A DNA stretch of 63,404 nucleotides, filler included, from Octopus bimaculoides (GCF_001194135.2; 4 parts of 4 records of this genome joined end to end with filler, not necessarily neighbours in it); one strand, 5' to 3'; counted from the whole stretch's first letter, positions 39,421-51,991 are shown. Notes: generated by a model from the letters alone, not told the origin. A program made the numbers and translations.

Positions 39421-41868
39421 TCCAATCGTATATTAATTTCACTATTAATTCTGAGGGGTATTACAATCCGCTTGTGTATCAGACTTATACGATAGGTTTT
39501 CCATCAGACATCTTACGTTTGCTACACTCCACACCACAGCTTACCAAGAATTAGGAATTACTAAGTAGTTTTTTTAGTTGCGTTATAAAAATTTTCTCAA
39601 TTCAGTTACAACAGAATTCGATAAATGGCTGACACGCTGATGTATCGAATTAACAGTCTTCGATGTTTTTTTCTCTTTATGCATCACCTCTCTTCCAATT
39701 TATGCTGATATTGTAAAGTACGTTTTTAAGTATTAAAAATGTCTTTTATATTTCGAGTTTCAGTTTAGTGAGGAATGTTTACTAACAAATGGATTCTAGA
39801 TCTTCCTTTTCAGGCAGTCGTCTGAGACGTAGGCCCTCGCCACTCTTTGCTCGACACTTTGTTTTATATTTTGCTGATGTTTTCATTGAAAAATATTATT
39901 GTAGTCTTTCATTATAGCTGTTATGAAAATAACCACAGCATCGGATTGATAAAATCATTGAAGTGCCGGTAACTATACATTATGGTATTTGTTCAAAGCT
40001 TGTTTTCATTTAAAAGATGAAGAATGATATTATTTAATATTATTTTTCTCTTTTGCAATTTGATAACATAAAAAGACAAAGCAATATCGTCCTATAACTA
40101 GGTATACTCCCTGAATACTCTGATTGCCAATCCCATAATAGTGAAGATTGCCTATCTTATCCCGGAAATTAATAAGCGATGTACAAGTCAAATAATGATG
40201 TCTATTCACCCTTCAATTCTTCTTCCCACGAAATAAGAAGACGTATAGTATAGTTGGAAATCATTACCCAGAGAAATAATTGGAGATCCATTTTAATAAG
40301 AAGTCAAATATGTATTGATTTCTACTCAACAGAATTAGAAGAGCGTTTCAGAGTTTCTTTTTCGACTTGAACGTCTCCTACACTTTGAAATTTATTCAGT
40401 CGTACACCATTTTCTGAATTAATTGCGTGAAGATATACATTTCCCTCTTCTGAAAGTAACTGCACGGAAAACGATAATTTGCCAAATTATAACATACACG
40501 TTGAAGGCATACGAGATTGCATTTAGATGATACTGTTTTGGAAACGAACTTGGCATATAAAACAGGAAGATATTAAGTACATGCTGGTACTTAAAGCAAA
40601 AAAAAAACAAAAAGCAGTTTAGCAGGAATGGCTACAATTATTGGCATCTTTTTTGAAATCCTTCCAAGGTATTTCACTCCGGTATTTCACTTGAAGAGGT
40701 TACGTTTTAGTCCGAGGAATATATATTAGGAGACAAGAAATATTTCTTACAACTGAAAATCGATAGTTTATATCATATATTACGTTTGAATAATCAATTT
40801 ATCTTCCGATTTGATTCCGTCGATTTCGAGGGAAATATTTTTGTAATGCCAAAGGGTGTATTTAATGCAAAAATTGAGTTATATTAGGACTTTCATTAAG
40901 GAAAAAAGCAAAAACGAAAACGCTTTTTAAATTTACAGATTCAAAAGAAAAAAAGATAACGAAATAAATATGTTAATGAAAAACATGTAACATGATAATC
41001 CATAGAAATCAAAGATCCCTAAGGAAACAATCTTTGTTGACAATCTGAATATTTTACATCTTAAGCCAACATTTTTTCCCTTTTAAAGAGAATGTTATCG
41101 CCTCGAGCTGACATGCATGGTTGTCATGGAAAATACATGCAGTTGAAAACTTTATAAAGATACGAAAGAGAAGGATTTAAAGAAAAATCTCTAAACCTGT
41201 TGCAGCATACAGTGTATATGAATTATAGATATAGACAGATATCTATATTATGTTGAAACTGCACTGATGTTTTATGACAGATTTTGTTTTGTTAACGTTT
41301 ATAACATTTTATGTATCTTGCTACTACTGCAAACATTCCATATTTATATCCGTTTTAAATCCATTGAAAAATGAAAGAAAACCTGGAGGTGTTAGCATGA
41401 AATTTAAACAAAAATTCTCACTAATGTTTGAAAGAAACAACCCGAGTATGATAAAAGTCTATGTAAGTCTTCAAAATTTTGCATTTTTCTGAAAACGTAT
41501 CTTGATATTATTTGCTACATGTTATCAGCTTTTCGTCTAATCTAATATCTTGAAGCTAGTTGAGGCTGTCTAGAAGTTCGATAAATATCAAGTTTAGCAT
41601 GAGAGTTTTCCTATTACTTTCTGTTTGGAAAATATAGAAGTTGAATTAATTAACATCGCATGAGATAATGTTTGCTTGCAGAGTGTTAAAAATACTGTTT
41701 AAACTGATACGATGAAGTCATGTATTATGGTTAAATATTAACCTGAGATATTAATGCAAAATATTTATTTTATGTAAAAGAATGGGGAAAACAAAGAACA
41801 AGGATATGTATATATTTATTTTAAAAATATAATGTTTTAAACATGTCTCAAGTGGTAAACATAATTAC

Positions 41869-42021
41869 CACCGACTGGAAATTTTAAGATCTTCGTAATA
41901 AGCACAGGCAAAAATTGTCCTATGTATTTTCCCACTTCCTTAATTTCAAATTTAGGATTCTCATCACGACAAGTATTATGTAAAAACAATTGATTATCTT
42001 CGTTGTTTGTAGAAGCTTCAG
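41869..42021 (-). CDS. Candidate internal exon (153 nt, phase 1-1) of an unidentified gene
   Basis: Acceptor gattccctttgtAG, donor gtg/GTaatt, stop-free frame EASTNNEDNQLFLHNTCRDENPKFEIKEVGKYIGQFLPVLITKILKFPVG; no homolog recognised. Confidence 0.35.
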
Positions 42022-42715
42022 CTACAAAGGGAATCACGGACGTTAAAAATGTTATATTAGGTATATTTTGCCGGTTATTTTTTAAGCCATATTAGCCTTA
42101 ATACGTCCAACCATTGATCAAAGGTACTCTAGGGAATACTACCTCCTCTTCATATATATATATATATATANNNNNNNNNNNNNNNNNNNNNNNNNNNNNN
42201 NNNNNNNNNNNNNNNNNNNNNNNNNNNNNNNNNNNNNNNNNNNNNNNNNNNNNNNNNNNNNNNNNNNNNNNNNNNNNNNNNNNNNNNNNNNNNNNNNNNN
42301 NNNNNNNNNNNNNNNNNNNNNNNNNNNNNNNNNNNNNNNNNNNNNNNNNNNNNNNNNNNNNNNNNNNNNNNNNNNNNNNNNNNNNNNNNNNNNNNNNNNN
42401 NNNNNNNNNNNNNNNNNNNNNNNNNNNNNNNNNNNNNNNNNNNNNNNNNNNNNNNNNNNNNNNNNNNNNNNNNNNATAAGGAGAGAAACAAGGAGAGAAG
42501 AAAATATGTGTAGTGGTCAAATACCTCAGAGATTTATGCATTAGTGATGCGATAAAGTAGTTGTATGCTGTCAACTTAATGTGACAGTCCCATCAAGGGA
42601 ATAATACTACTGCTATTTAGCCCTAGGAAGCAGCACCACTTCCTGTCGGTCTTGACACATTTCCTGTGTCCTTATGTTTACAAGGGGGAGACAAGCACCT
42701 CCACCCAGCTAAGCC

Positions 42716-42768
42716 TGCATCCAGAGACATGTTTCTGAGTCTTTGCTCGTCATCAGTTTGGAGTAGCA
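42716..42768 (-). ncRNA. Type I hammerhead ribozyme, intact core
   Basis: Minus strand: tccaaa CTGATGA C GAG caaaga CTC A GAAA CATG TC tctgga. Palindromic stem III (ACATGT), GUC site, one stem I mismatch. Confidence 0.8.
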
Positions 42769-43003
42769 ATGGCCTGCTAGCTGGAGGTGCATGTCAAGCT
42801 CTTGTAAACATTTAATAATGTTTACATTGCCTGTGTCACATTACGTTGACAGCATACAACTACTTCATCGTATCACTACTGCATAAATCTATCTGAGAGA
42901 TTTAGAAATGTATTATTTCTATTTTTGAAATCAGTGAATGTGTTTCACTAGAATTATTATATGTTAACAAGAGCTTGACAGGCATCTCCAACTAGCAGGC
43001 CAT

Positions 43004-43056
43004 TGCTACTCCAGAGTAATGACGAGAAAAGACTCAGAAACATGTCTCTGGATGCA
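43004..43056 (+). ncRNA. Hammerhead, sister copy with mutated core
   Basis: tccaga GTAATGA C GAG aaaaga CTC A GAAA CATG TC tctgga. Perfect stem I, but CTGATGA->GTAATGA. Confidence 0.7.
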
Positions 43057-44449
43057 GGCTTAGCTGGGTGGAGGTGATTGTTTCCCCCTTGTAAACATAA
43101 GGACACAAGAAATGATTCAAGGCCGACAGGAAGCGGTGCTGCTTCCTAGGGCTAAATAGCAGTAGTATTATTCCCTTCATGGGACTGTCACATTAAGTTG
43201 ACAGCATACAACTACTTTNNNNNNNNNNNNATATATATATGTAGCATTGTTTTATCTAATGTATCTTTCAATGTATAATTTCATGGAGTTTTAATTAATG
43301 GAGATTGCGCAACTATTTCTAGCAAATCGAGCAAGCAAGGATACACCTATTTTGTGATGTAAATAAAACTAGTGAGATTTGAAGCATTGATTTTTCTTGG
43401 GGGGAAATACACATTTTCTGATTCATTATTCTGATGCAGTTGTTTCCAGGAAGAATTGATAGATCGCCTGAGAAAATATCTTACTTATATTTAGTGGCAT
43501 GTATTAAACCTGAGCTTCAGTCAGGCCTGCATTTGGCATTGGCTTACTTCCTCTGATGCTGGTAGAATATGCAATTTTAATTAACTTGCCTGGGTTCAGT
43601 GGAGAATATCCCTGTAGTATATACTGTGGCCGCACGTCAAAGTTACCAGTAATTATTTAACAAATTTAATTAATTGGGCTTTGAATGCGATTTCAAATTA
43701 AAAACATAATAGAAATATGGAAGATAGTTTACAGGGGGAGGTAAAATTTAATCAAGATTGAATGTATTTAATGATATATTCTAATTCATGGAATAGAACG
43801 AGTTTTATCTTTTGGGCACATTTATAGATTCATTGGTTACGAAGTCCCCCACGTAAGAAAGTATTTAGGAAATGTACTACAGACAAGAATATTTTACTAC
43901 ACCGTCGGTTCAACAAATGCCTTGAGAATAAAAACTAGTAGTTGGGGACTATCTGGAGAGACTATCTGGAAACCCACTGCAAAAGGTCTTCTTATTGCTG
44001 GGTGCGGACATAACATTTCTCTATGTTCAATAAGTCCACCTATTTTACACCAATATTTCTATTTCAATACGAGATGGTGGGAAATCGTAATGTAAATTAA
44101 TGTGTTAGTAAAAATATGTGAACCTTTATGCCTAAGCACACACACATAAGGTATACACGGAAGAACGAACGCTGGACTAGGGTTTGTAACTTCGGTGATC
44201 ACAGCGATTATGTATTTCAGGGATTCTTGGATTGGGCCCAGTTGGAAATTCTCCAGTAACAGAAGAATTGCGTCACTGATGTGTTGAAAGCAGTGAATGT
44301 GTATGATATTATCTATGTATATTATCTCATTTCTCACTTCTTTCGCCCCCCTCATTTTCATGTATGCTCCCACACAAATAATAAACTGTCCCTATAATGT
44401 CCCACTCAACACATGCACGCATGGAATATAAAGAAATCATCATCGTTAT

Positions 44450-44783
44450 ACTCACCACCATCATCATCAGCATCATCATCATCATCATCAACACTATCAT
44501 CATTATTATCGTTTTCTCTTTATCACAGGTTTAGTTGAAGCTCCTGGAGTCTTGCTTGCGTAGCTGGCTTACTACCTGCAGCCTACGGTACCATGCTATG
44601 CGTACTTTTTAGCTATCTAATACTTTCCTGATTATTCTGACCGTGCAAAGGAGGCAAACCTTTTGTAACAGTTCTACTGGAGACTCTATTCCAATTTCCT
44701 TTATATTCCCCTTGATGCCTTCTGATACCGTTCTCAAGGACCCATCAATAATTGGCACTATCTTCACCTTCTTCATTTTCCAA
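44450..44783 (-). mobile_element. 3' end of an R4/Dong-type LINE (REL C-terminus, 3' UTR, triplet tail)
   Basis: Minus strand: VKIVPIIDGSLRTVSEGIKGNIKEIGIESPVELLQKVCLLCTVRIIRKVLDS*, then UTR and (GAT)n. Confidence 0.8.
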
Positions 44784-45900
44784 ATAAATTGTCGTTTACA
44801 TTACACAAAAATGAAAATAACAATGACATCTCATTTTAACAGATATATTTTACCAAAATTACATAAAATTATCTTCTGGACGGTTTCCTTGTTTAAGTTG
44901 TTGAATACTGCCATAATCTTTGCCTTCAGTTCATCTTTGGTGTTACAAGGAGTTTTGCTGGCCTCTCGCTCAACTGCGCCCCACACATAATAATCAAGAG
45001 GGTTGTGGTCTGGGAGTTAGGTGACCAGATGTTAGGGGTGATGTGGTCGCAGAAATTGTCTGACAGCCACGATGGCTTCTCCTGCTTGTGTGGCATGGTG
45101 CAGAGTCCTATTGCCAGATATAGGGGCTTCCAGCAGCCACCCACTTGACCCAAGGCAGCACTACCTCCTCCGGGTAACTGGTGCAGGTCTGTGTGTTGAA
45201 TCTGAGGCCGTGTGGGAAGATAAACGGTGGCATAAGTTCGGTATCACTAGTGATCAATATAAATCTAAATAACATGATGTGGACTGGATGTTTTATTTTT
45301 ATCACTCACGGTAAAATATTTGGGGACACGGTAAGCCAACAGTTGTGTGTTCGCCATCTGATCCTGGCAGAAATTTTTCTCGTCTGAGACAAATCAAAGT
45401 ATGTTTGGTTGGAGAGAATGCTTGAATTTGTTCAAAATCTTCGTGGTACGATTTTTCGTCTTGTCCTTGATAGCTTGGGATAACAATTGGCTATTTCTCA
45501 TCTTGTATGAGGAATACCGAATATCTTCATACATTACCTGTCTGATGAGAAACCCAAACACTCCCATGTTCCTAGAGATGGGCCTGATTGACTTGGAGGG
45601 ATCAGGGTCAATCATGGCCTGGATCCCACCAACAAATTTAAGATTGTTTTCTTATGAGAAAGATCAGAGTGAGCTTTCCGAGCTGCCGTACCTTCATAAT
45701 GCTTATTAGACTCATGCAACTCTCCGAATACTTTGCGTGTCCTAAAATCGACACCCTAGCACTCTTGTGTGTTCCTATTGGAGCTTCCGACGCAAATGCC
45801 AAGCAATATAGAATGTAGTTTCCAAATTCCTGGCAGGGTGAATTGCGTCATGGTGCTATTTTTCTCACAGACGGTGCCCTACCTTACTGAGTAGTCGACA
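44784..45900 (-). mobile_element. maT-type (DD37D) Tc1/mariner transposon, defective
   Basis: FVSDEKNF, WQ*DSAPCHTS, WSPNS/PDHNPLDYYVWGAVERE...KDELKAKIMA; about 37 residues between the 2nd and 3rd D after frameshift correction; 5' boundary approximate. Confidence 0.85.
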
Positions 45901-46562
45901 AAATCAACAACTATTAATGGGCATACGCGAAATAAAAAACATAAAATGGAGAAAATGTAACCATCGCAGCGTGTATATATATATATATACATATATATAC
46001 ATGTGCGCGCACACACACATCACACACAATATACATATATANNNNNNNNNNNNNNNNNNNNNNNNNNNNNNNNNNNNNNNNATATATATATATATATATA
46101 TACACAGAGGGTTGGAACCAAATAAAAGTTGGTAATATTTCAAAAACAACACATACTAAGCTAATATAAACAGCAATTTTAGCACAGAGAACACCGCATT
46201 TATGAAGAATTTATCCACACCCTAGAGAGCAAGTAACCAATTAGATCAAATTGAATTAATATTCTCATATTTTTCATGTTAGACGATTCAATAGTATATT
46301 TGATTCATAGAATCCAAGAGAATTTGTAGATTACAATATACATAGTTGCCGGGAAATTATAAAGACATCTTAGTTTCGATTACATCTAATGTACTATGGA
46401 GTGTTGATGTAATGGAATGAGTTAATAATGTACGGTTTTTAAAACATCCTGAGAGGTCTAGAAGCGTCTCCCCTGTTTCACTGATCATCGACAAAGTTAT
46501 ACAGAAAAAACTCGAACTTTACATGCTTCGACGAGTTGTTGCTTGGAAGTTACACTCCCCTG

Positions 46563-46597
<35 letters not shown>

Positions 46598-46782
46598 GCA
46601 TATATATATATATTCTGTTGTGTCTGGGGAGAGTCATTTTCTTTTTTGTGCCTTATAATTTAACACACTCACCGGTAAACTTTCACTTATTCCTTATTTT
46701 TATTTTCCTTAAAAATCTTCGTTGCATCTTGCAACATTTTCAACAGTCTTGACTCTCAATCCCAAAACCAAGTCCCAAAACG

Positions 46783-46825
<43 letters not shown>

Positions 46826-47159
46826 TGTACGTGTGGAATGAAGTTAAAATGATAGACAGAGAACACCACTGGTAAATACGAAAACTTAAAGAAGCAGCAT
46901 ATATGCTAGGACACAACAACTCCCTAAGCAGATCGAGTGCAGATGTGAATAGCATATGGGAACCGGTATTAAGGAAGAACAGGAAAATATTAGATTTATA
47001 AGCCCTAAAATTCACTCCATAATTGCCCACAGGCATATGGCGCAGTGGTCAAGAGCGCGTTCGGAGTTCAATTACAAGCAATGACCTGAATAATAACAAT
47101 ACTAGTAATAATAATAATAATAATAATAATAATGATAATAATAATAATAACAATAAAAA

Positions 47160-47935
47160 TAATAACGGCTTAGACAGAAAGACAAGTAAGTTGCTAACTA
47201 GATATGTGACACACCACCCAAAAAGTGACACAGACAGACTGTATGTACCAAGAAAAGAGGGGGAAGAGGACGTATTGGATGCGAACACAGCGTTAGAGAA
47301 GAAGAAAGCAACATAGCATGGTATGTAAAAAATGTTACAGAACCGCTATTACTAGAAGGTCAGGCTTGTGTAGGATGAAAGCTTGCGAATATAAAGCACT
47401 ATACAAGAAATTGAAAACGAATGAAAGTGAAAATAGGTGTGTGAAGAAAAGAATACATGATCGATTTCATAGAGATGTTGAAGATAAGACAGGCAGAGAA
47501 AAAAATGGCTGTGGATGACTAAAAGTGATTTAAAATCGGAAACGGGGGCTCTAATTTGTGTTGCCCAAGAGCCAGCATTAAGAACAAACTACATAAAATA
47601 CAGAATAGACAAGACAGCAGAAAGTGAAAAGTGCAAACTCTGTGGGCAAAACAGTGAAACCGTATGGCATATTCCAAGCCAATGTATGCGCCACTAGCCC
47701 AGAAGGAATATAAGAAACGCCACGACAATATAGCCATGCTTGTCCATTAGACACTTTGCAACATGTATGGAGTTGACAGAGCAAAAAACTGGTACGACCA
47801 CAAACCTGAAGGCACCGACGAAAACAGAAATGCAAAGATCCTATGGGATTTCATAATTCAGTGCGATCATGAGATACAGAATAGGAAGACGGACATAGTC
47901 TTAATTGAGAAAGAAAGCAAACTATGCTGGATCAT
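47160..47935 (+). mobile_element. R4/Dong-type non-LTR retrotransposon fragment (RT end, CCHC finger, start of REL)
   Basis: HHPKSDTDRLYVPRKEG, QEPALRTNYIK, CKLCGQNSETVWHIPSQC, KILWDFIIQCDHEIQNRKTDIVLIEK; frameshifted. Confidence 0.92.
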
Positions 47936-47983
47936 ACATATATATAAACATATATATATATATACATATATATAGAAACAAGT

Positions 47984-48021
47984 CTGTCCGATGAACCGGA
48001 ATCTAAAACTCCGAGTAACAG
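47984..48021 (+). ncRNA. Degenerate hammerhead
   Basis: ctgt CCGATGA accggaatct AAAA CTCCGAG TA acag. Stems I and III intact, core and stem II damaged. Confidence 0.5.
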
Positions 48022-49212
48022 TTTTTTGTTATATTTCTGCTGCTTTTAAATAAAGTATATATATATATATATATCTATATATATNNNNNNNNNNNNNNNN
48101 NNNNNNNNNNNNNNNNNNNNNNNNNNNNNNNNNNNNNNNNNNNNNNNNNNNNNNNNNNNNNNNNNNNNNNNNNNNNNNNNNNNNNNNNNNNNNNNNNNNN
48201 NNNNNNNNNNNNNNNNNNNNNNNNNNNNNNNNNNNNNNNNNNNNNNNNNNNNNNNNNNNNNNNNNNNNNNNNNNNNNNNNNNNNNNNNNNNNNNNNNNNN
48301 NNNNNNNNNNNNNNNNNNNNNNNNNNNNNNNNNNNNNNNNNNNNNNNNNNNNNNNNNNNNNNNNNNNNNNNNNNNNNNNNNNNNNNNNNNNNNNNNNNNN
48401 NNNNNNNNNNNNNNNNNNNNNNNNNNNNNNNNNNNNNNNNNNNNNNNNNNNNNNNNNNNNNNNNNNNNNNNNNNNNNNNNNNNNNNNNNNNNNNNNNNNN
48501 NNNNNNNNNNNNNNNNNNNNNNNNNNNNNNNNNNCACACACACACACACACACATACACACACACACACACACACTCACACACACACACTCACACACACA
48601 CACACTCACACACCCACACCCACACACACACTCACACACACATGTACATTCACGTACATACGAACATGCACAAACACATTTATATTTATATTTATATGTG
48701 CAGGAATATATACATCAATATTTGGATTTATATGCATCAATATACATGTATAGACATGAATATACATGAGAAAATTCTAGAATCCAAGATTAGGAAACTA
48801 GAAATCTACATTTCCGAGAAGACAAATTGTTTTTGCATTGATAGTTATGAGTATGTTGGTAAATGTATATTGTATAGAGGTCTTTACTTTTAAACTTTTC
48901 CGATTTATTATAGTCCATTATATATCATTTCGGTAATTTCCTTTTTAATACGTATTATAATTTCGCTAATTTATTTTGCTATATATATTTACACTTTTAT
49001 GATTGCATCTAGTCGTGGGTTTGTACGATTATGTGTCTGTGTTTTCTGTGTAGATGTGTTGTAAGTAACATGGAACGAATGATGTTCTTTGACTAGACTA
49101 GCTCTAAATGTTTGACGTCACATATAGTGGAGAAATTATTTTGAAATTTATGAAGTAATTTTGTGATAAGTATTGGGATTTCACAAAAAGATATACTCTT
49201 ATATTTATACTG

Positions 49213-49410
49213 CCGAGAGAACTGGCATCCCTGGAAAAATGCTTAGCGGCATTTCGTCTGATGCTACGTTATACGTTGAAACTCTTCCAAGGTCGAATTT
49301 GACCTTTATCCTCTCAAAGTCGATAAAATAATTATCAGTTGAATTATGGGATCGTTGCAATCGATTTGCAGCCTCCCCTAAAATTGCTGGCCTTGAGCAA
49401 ACATTTTAAA
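49213..49410 (+). mobile_element. SINE family C, degraded
   Basis: gaactggc...aatgcttagcggcatttcgtctg...gtcgataaaataattatcagttg...aaattgctggccttg. Confidence 0.75.
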
Positions 49411-49569
49411 TCAATATTTATACTAACGTTTAGTGATCTAAGATATTTTGTTTAAGTAGAATTACCTATCAAGTCGTGAAAGTAGAAAATCTTTAGTGAA
49501 TTCTGTAAAATAACAGAAAATATGTGTACCTGGGGACTGCCATTAAGCCAATGATCCGCACAACACAAT

Positions 49570-49727
49570 CACTGGTTCTATTTCACTAGCTTAGTATTCG
49601 TTAATTATTTAATAATTTAATCACTTATATAATCGATTGTGGAATTAATTATACGGCTAATTCGATTAGTTAAATGTTTAAATAGTTAAGAAATGAACGA
49701 ATAATACAATATAAAATAGCACCAGTG
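49570..49727. repeat. Degenerate foldback / MITE-like inverted repeat
   Basis: cactggttctattt...tattcgtt...taatcg vs cgatta...aacgaata...aaatagcaccagtg; about 65-bp imperfect arms. Confidence 0.5.
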
Positions 49728-49878
49728 CTTCTGTTTATTATTGAAATGATGACCCACCCAAAATATAACGAAATACGATTCAGCACATGATTTCACACCA
49801 ACAATCTTGCATACCAAATACCGAAAGGAAACAAAAGATACATAGATATACGCACATACACATACACCCTCTGCCTTC

Positions 49879-49967
<89 letters not shown>

Positions 49968-50290
49968 CGGTCCTTCAGTAACAGTATTCCTTCATAAACT
50001 CAGTGACCACTACTAACTTCAGGCCACGACAGACAGAGAGGTTGCTCTTGAAGCTGAGCATTTGAACTTAGGGAGACACACATTGATCTCATAATGCAGG
50101 AAAACGGTTGCACGCCAGGAGAGCTACGTTGCGTAGAAACAATTGTAGTGATTGAAAATAAATGTCCATCGTATTCCTTCTTGTTGAATCCAGTTTTTTT
50201 CAATTATATATATATATATATATAATTCTTTTTCAGAATGAGATAAAAAAACCAAGGCTGTGAAGATCTTAGGACATTTATAAATAGAAG

Positions 50291-50344
50291 GTCTTACACC
50301 TGTTTCCAGGGTTTTATATATATATATATCCCTTACTCGGAGAA
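50291..50344 (-). ncRNA. Degenerate hammerhead with a (TA)n-expanded stem II loop
   Basis: Minus strand: ttct CCGAGTA AGGG (ata..)n ACCCT G GAAA CAGGTG TA agac. Confidence 0.45.
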
Positions 50345-50714
50345 AATGGTTAAGCAATAGTTAATTTGTATAAGATACGAAATAGAGAGTGAAGTGGAGG
50401 AATGAAAATAGATGTGAGATATGCAGGGATATTGCATCTGTAGATCCATTATTTAGGCAGAATGGTATACATATAAGATTCAAATACTTTGCGAGTAAAA
50501 TCCAATAGTATTAAAAATTGGTCATTCCAAGTATAGAGTTTGTACACAGTGCTATTGAATCAAGGGTTTTATTTAAAGTGACTTACAAGTAGTGAATGCA
50601 CTTGTAAGGTCAAATCGAAAACAAGAAGAGAGGAATGTTTGCGATTTGACCTTACAAATACATACATGTGTGCGTGTGTGCGTGTGTGCGTGTGTGTGTA
50701 TTTGTGATTATGTG

Positions 50715-50945
50715 TGTGTGGCTGTGTTTGTGTTTGTGTTTGTCTCCTACCACCATTTGACAACCGGTGTTGGTATGTTCGCGTCCCCGTAACTAGCGGT
50801 TTGGCCAAAGAGAGCGATAAAATAAGTGCTAAGCTTAAAAAAAAAAACACAATAAAAAGTCGTGGGAGCGACTTGTTCGACTAAAAGCCTTTCGAGGCGG
50901 TGTCCCAGCGTGGCCGCAATCAAAATGACTGAAACAAGTAACAGC
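50715..50945 (+). mobile_element. SINE family B, 3' half
   Basis: ttgacaaccggtgttggtatgttcgcgtccccgtaac...aaatgactgaaacaagta. Confidence 0.8.
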
Positions 50946-51557
50946 GTATAAGAGGTAAAAATAAACATAACTGGAAGACCATCTCTTGACATCAAATGAT
51001 CAGTTTTATCCGCGTAGAGGCTTCTCATCTGAAATGAAACTGGCCCGTCACTGTGCGCAACTGAATTTTCTGTGAAAACATATAAAGTCTAAACACGTAT
51101 TAAGCTTTCATTCTTTTAGAGCCAGTCATACCAAGTATTATACACAGAAACATAATTCCCGATTAATATTTCTATACAATATCTCATAAATTAACAAAAA
51201 AAAAATGCAAAATGTCAGAGCTTTTAAATACCCTTCGTTCTCCAGTCTACATTGCTTCTTCAGCGTTTACATTTCCTTCAAACGATAAGGAATTTATTTG
51301 CAGATATCTAAATGCCAGGCGTAATCTAATCCTGACATTTGCAGCCCAACCATACAAATGTGTCTTCATAAGGTCATGTGGTTTATCTTGTATGTAAATA
51401 GTTTCCCGTTTTAGATATTTAAATCGTTGTTGTTGGTTTTAGTAAAATCCTATATATGGAGCTGTTTTTGTTTCAGATTATTAATTCAAGCTTCTTTCTC
51501 AAATATCAACATCTTCCGAATATTCAGTAGTTACTTAGATGTCGTAAAAAAAGAAAG

Positions 51558-51700
51558 GTCCGCCGCTAATGGTTAATGTGCTGGGCTCAGAATCATGAGA
51601 TCGTAGGTTTAATTTTTGTACAGGGCGGCGTTTTGTCACCTTGAGCAAGGTATCTCCTTTCATACTGCGTCAATCTACTTATCTAATAATGAATACCAGT
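51558..51700 (+). mobile_element. Degraded tRNA-headed SINE (family D-like)
   Basis: gctaatggttaatgtgctgggctcagaatcatgagatcgtaggtttaatt...ccttgagcaagg. Confidence 0.45.
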
Positions 51701-51932
51701 CGCCCCTCTTTCCAGCAGCCACATCCTCCATGCTCTGCTAGGTAAAGTGTGAGTGGGTGGGGTGAGAGCGTGAATGTCTGCTTTAACCAACTGAGGTACA
51801 AGGTACCACGTCATACTTGCTTGCGAGTGAAGACTAAGCTTCTTCTTACATCAACGTGGTATCATCATCATCATCAACAGCAGCATAATATCACCATCCT
51901 CCTCCTCCTCCTCCTCCTCCTCCTCCTCCTCC

Positions 51933-51991
<59 letters not shown>

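Larger units (their letters stand above)
42525..43218. mobile_element. Palindromic non-coding HHR-bearing element (352-bp unit plus inverted copy)
   Basis: Inverted arms 42554-42811 / 42961-43218; direct repeat 42834 / 43186; segment 42525-42586 inverted at 42834-42897; an HHR in each arm. Confidence 0.8.

Noticed and set aside
41900-41945. FLPVLITKIL resembles amphibian antimicrobial peptides
   Set aside because: Short amphipathic look-alike with no signal peptide or processing sites; probably chance
44529-44580. Strong-looking splice acceptor ttttctctttatcacAG
   Set aside because: It lies in the antisense 3' UTR of the R4/Dong-type LINE fragment
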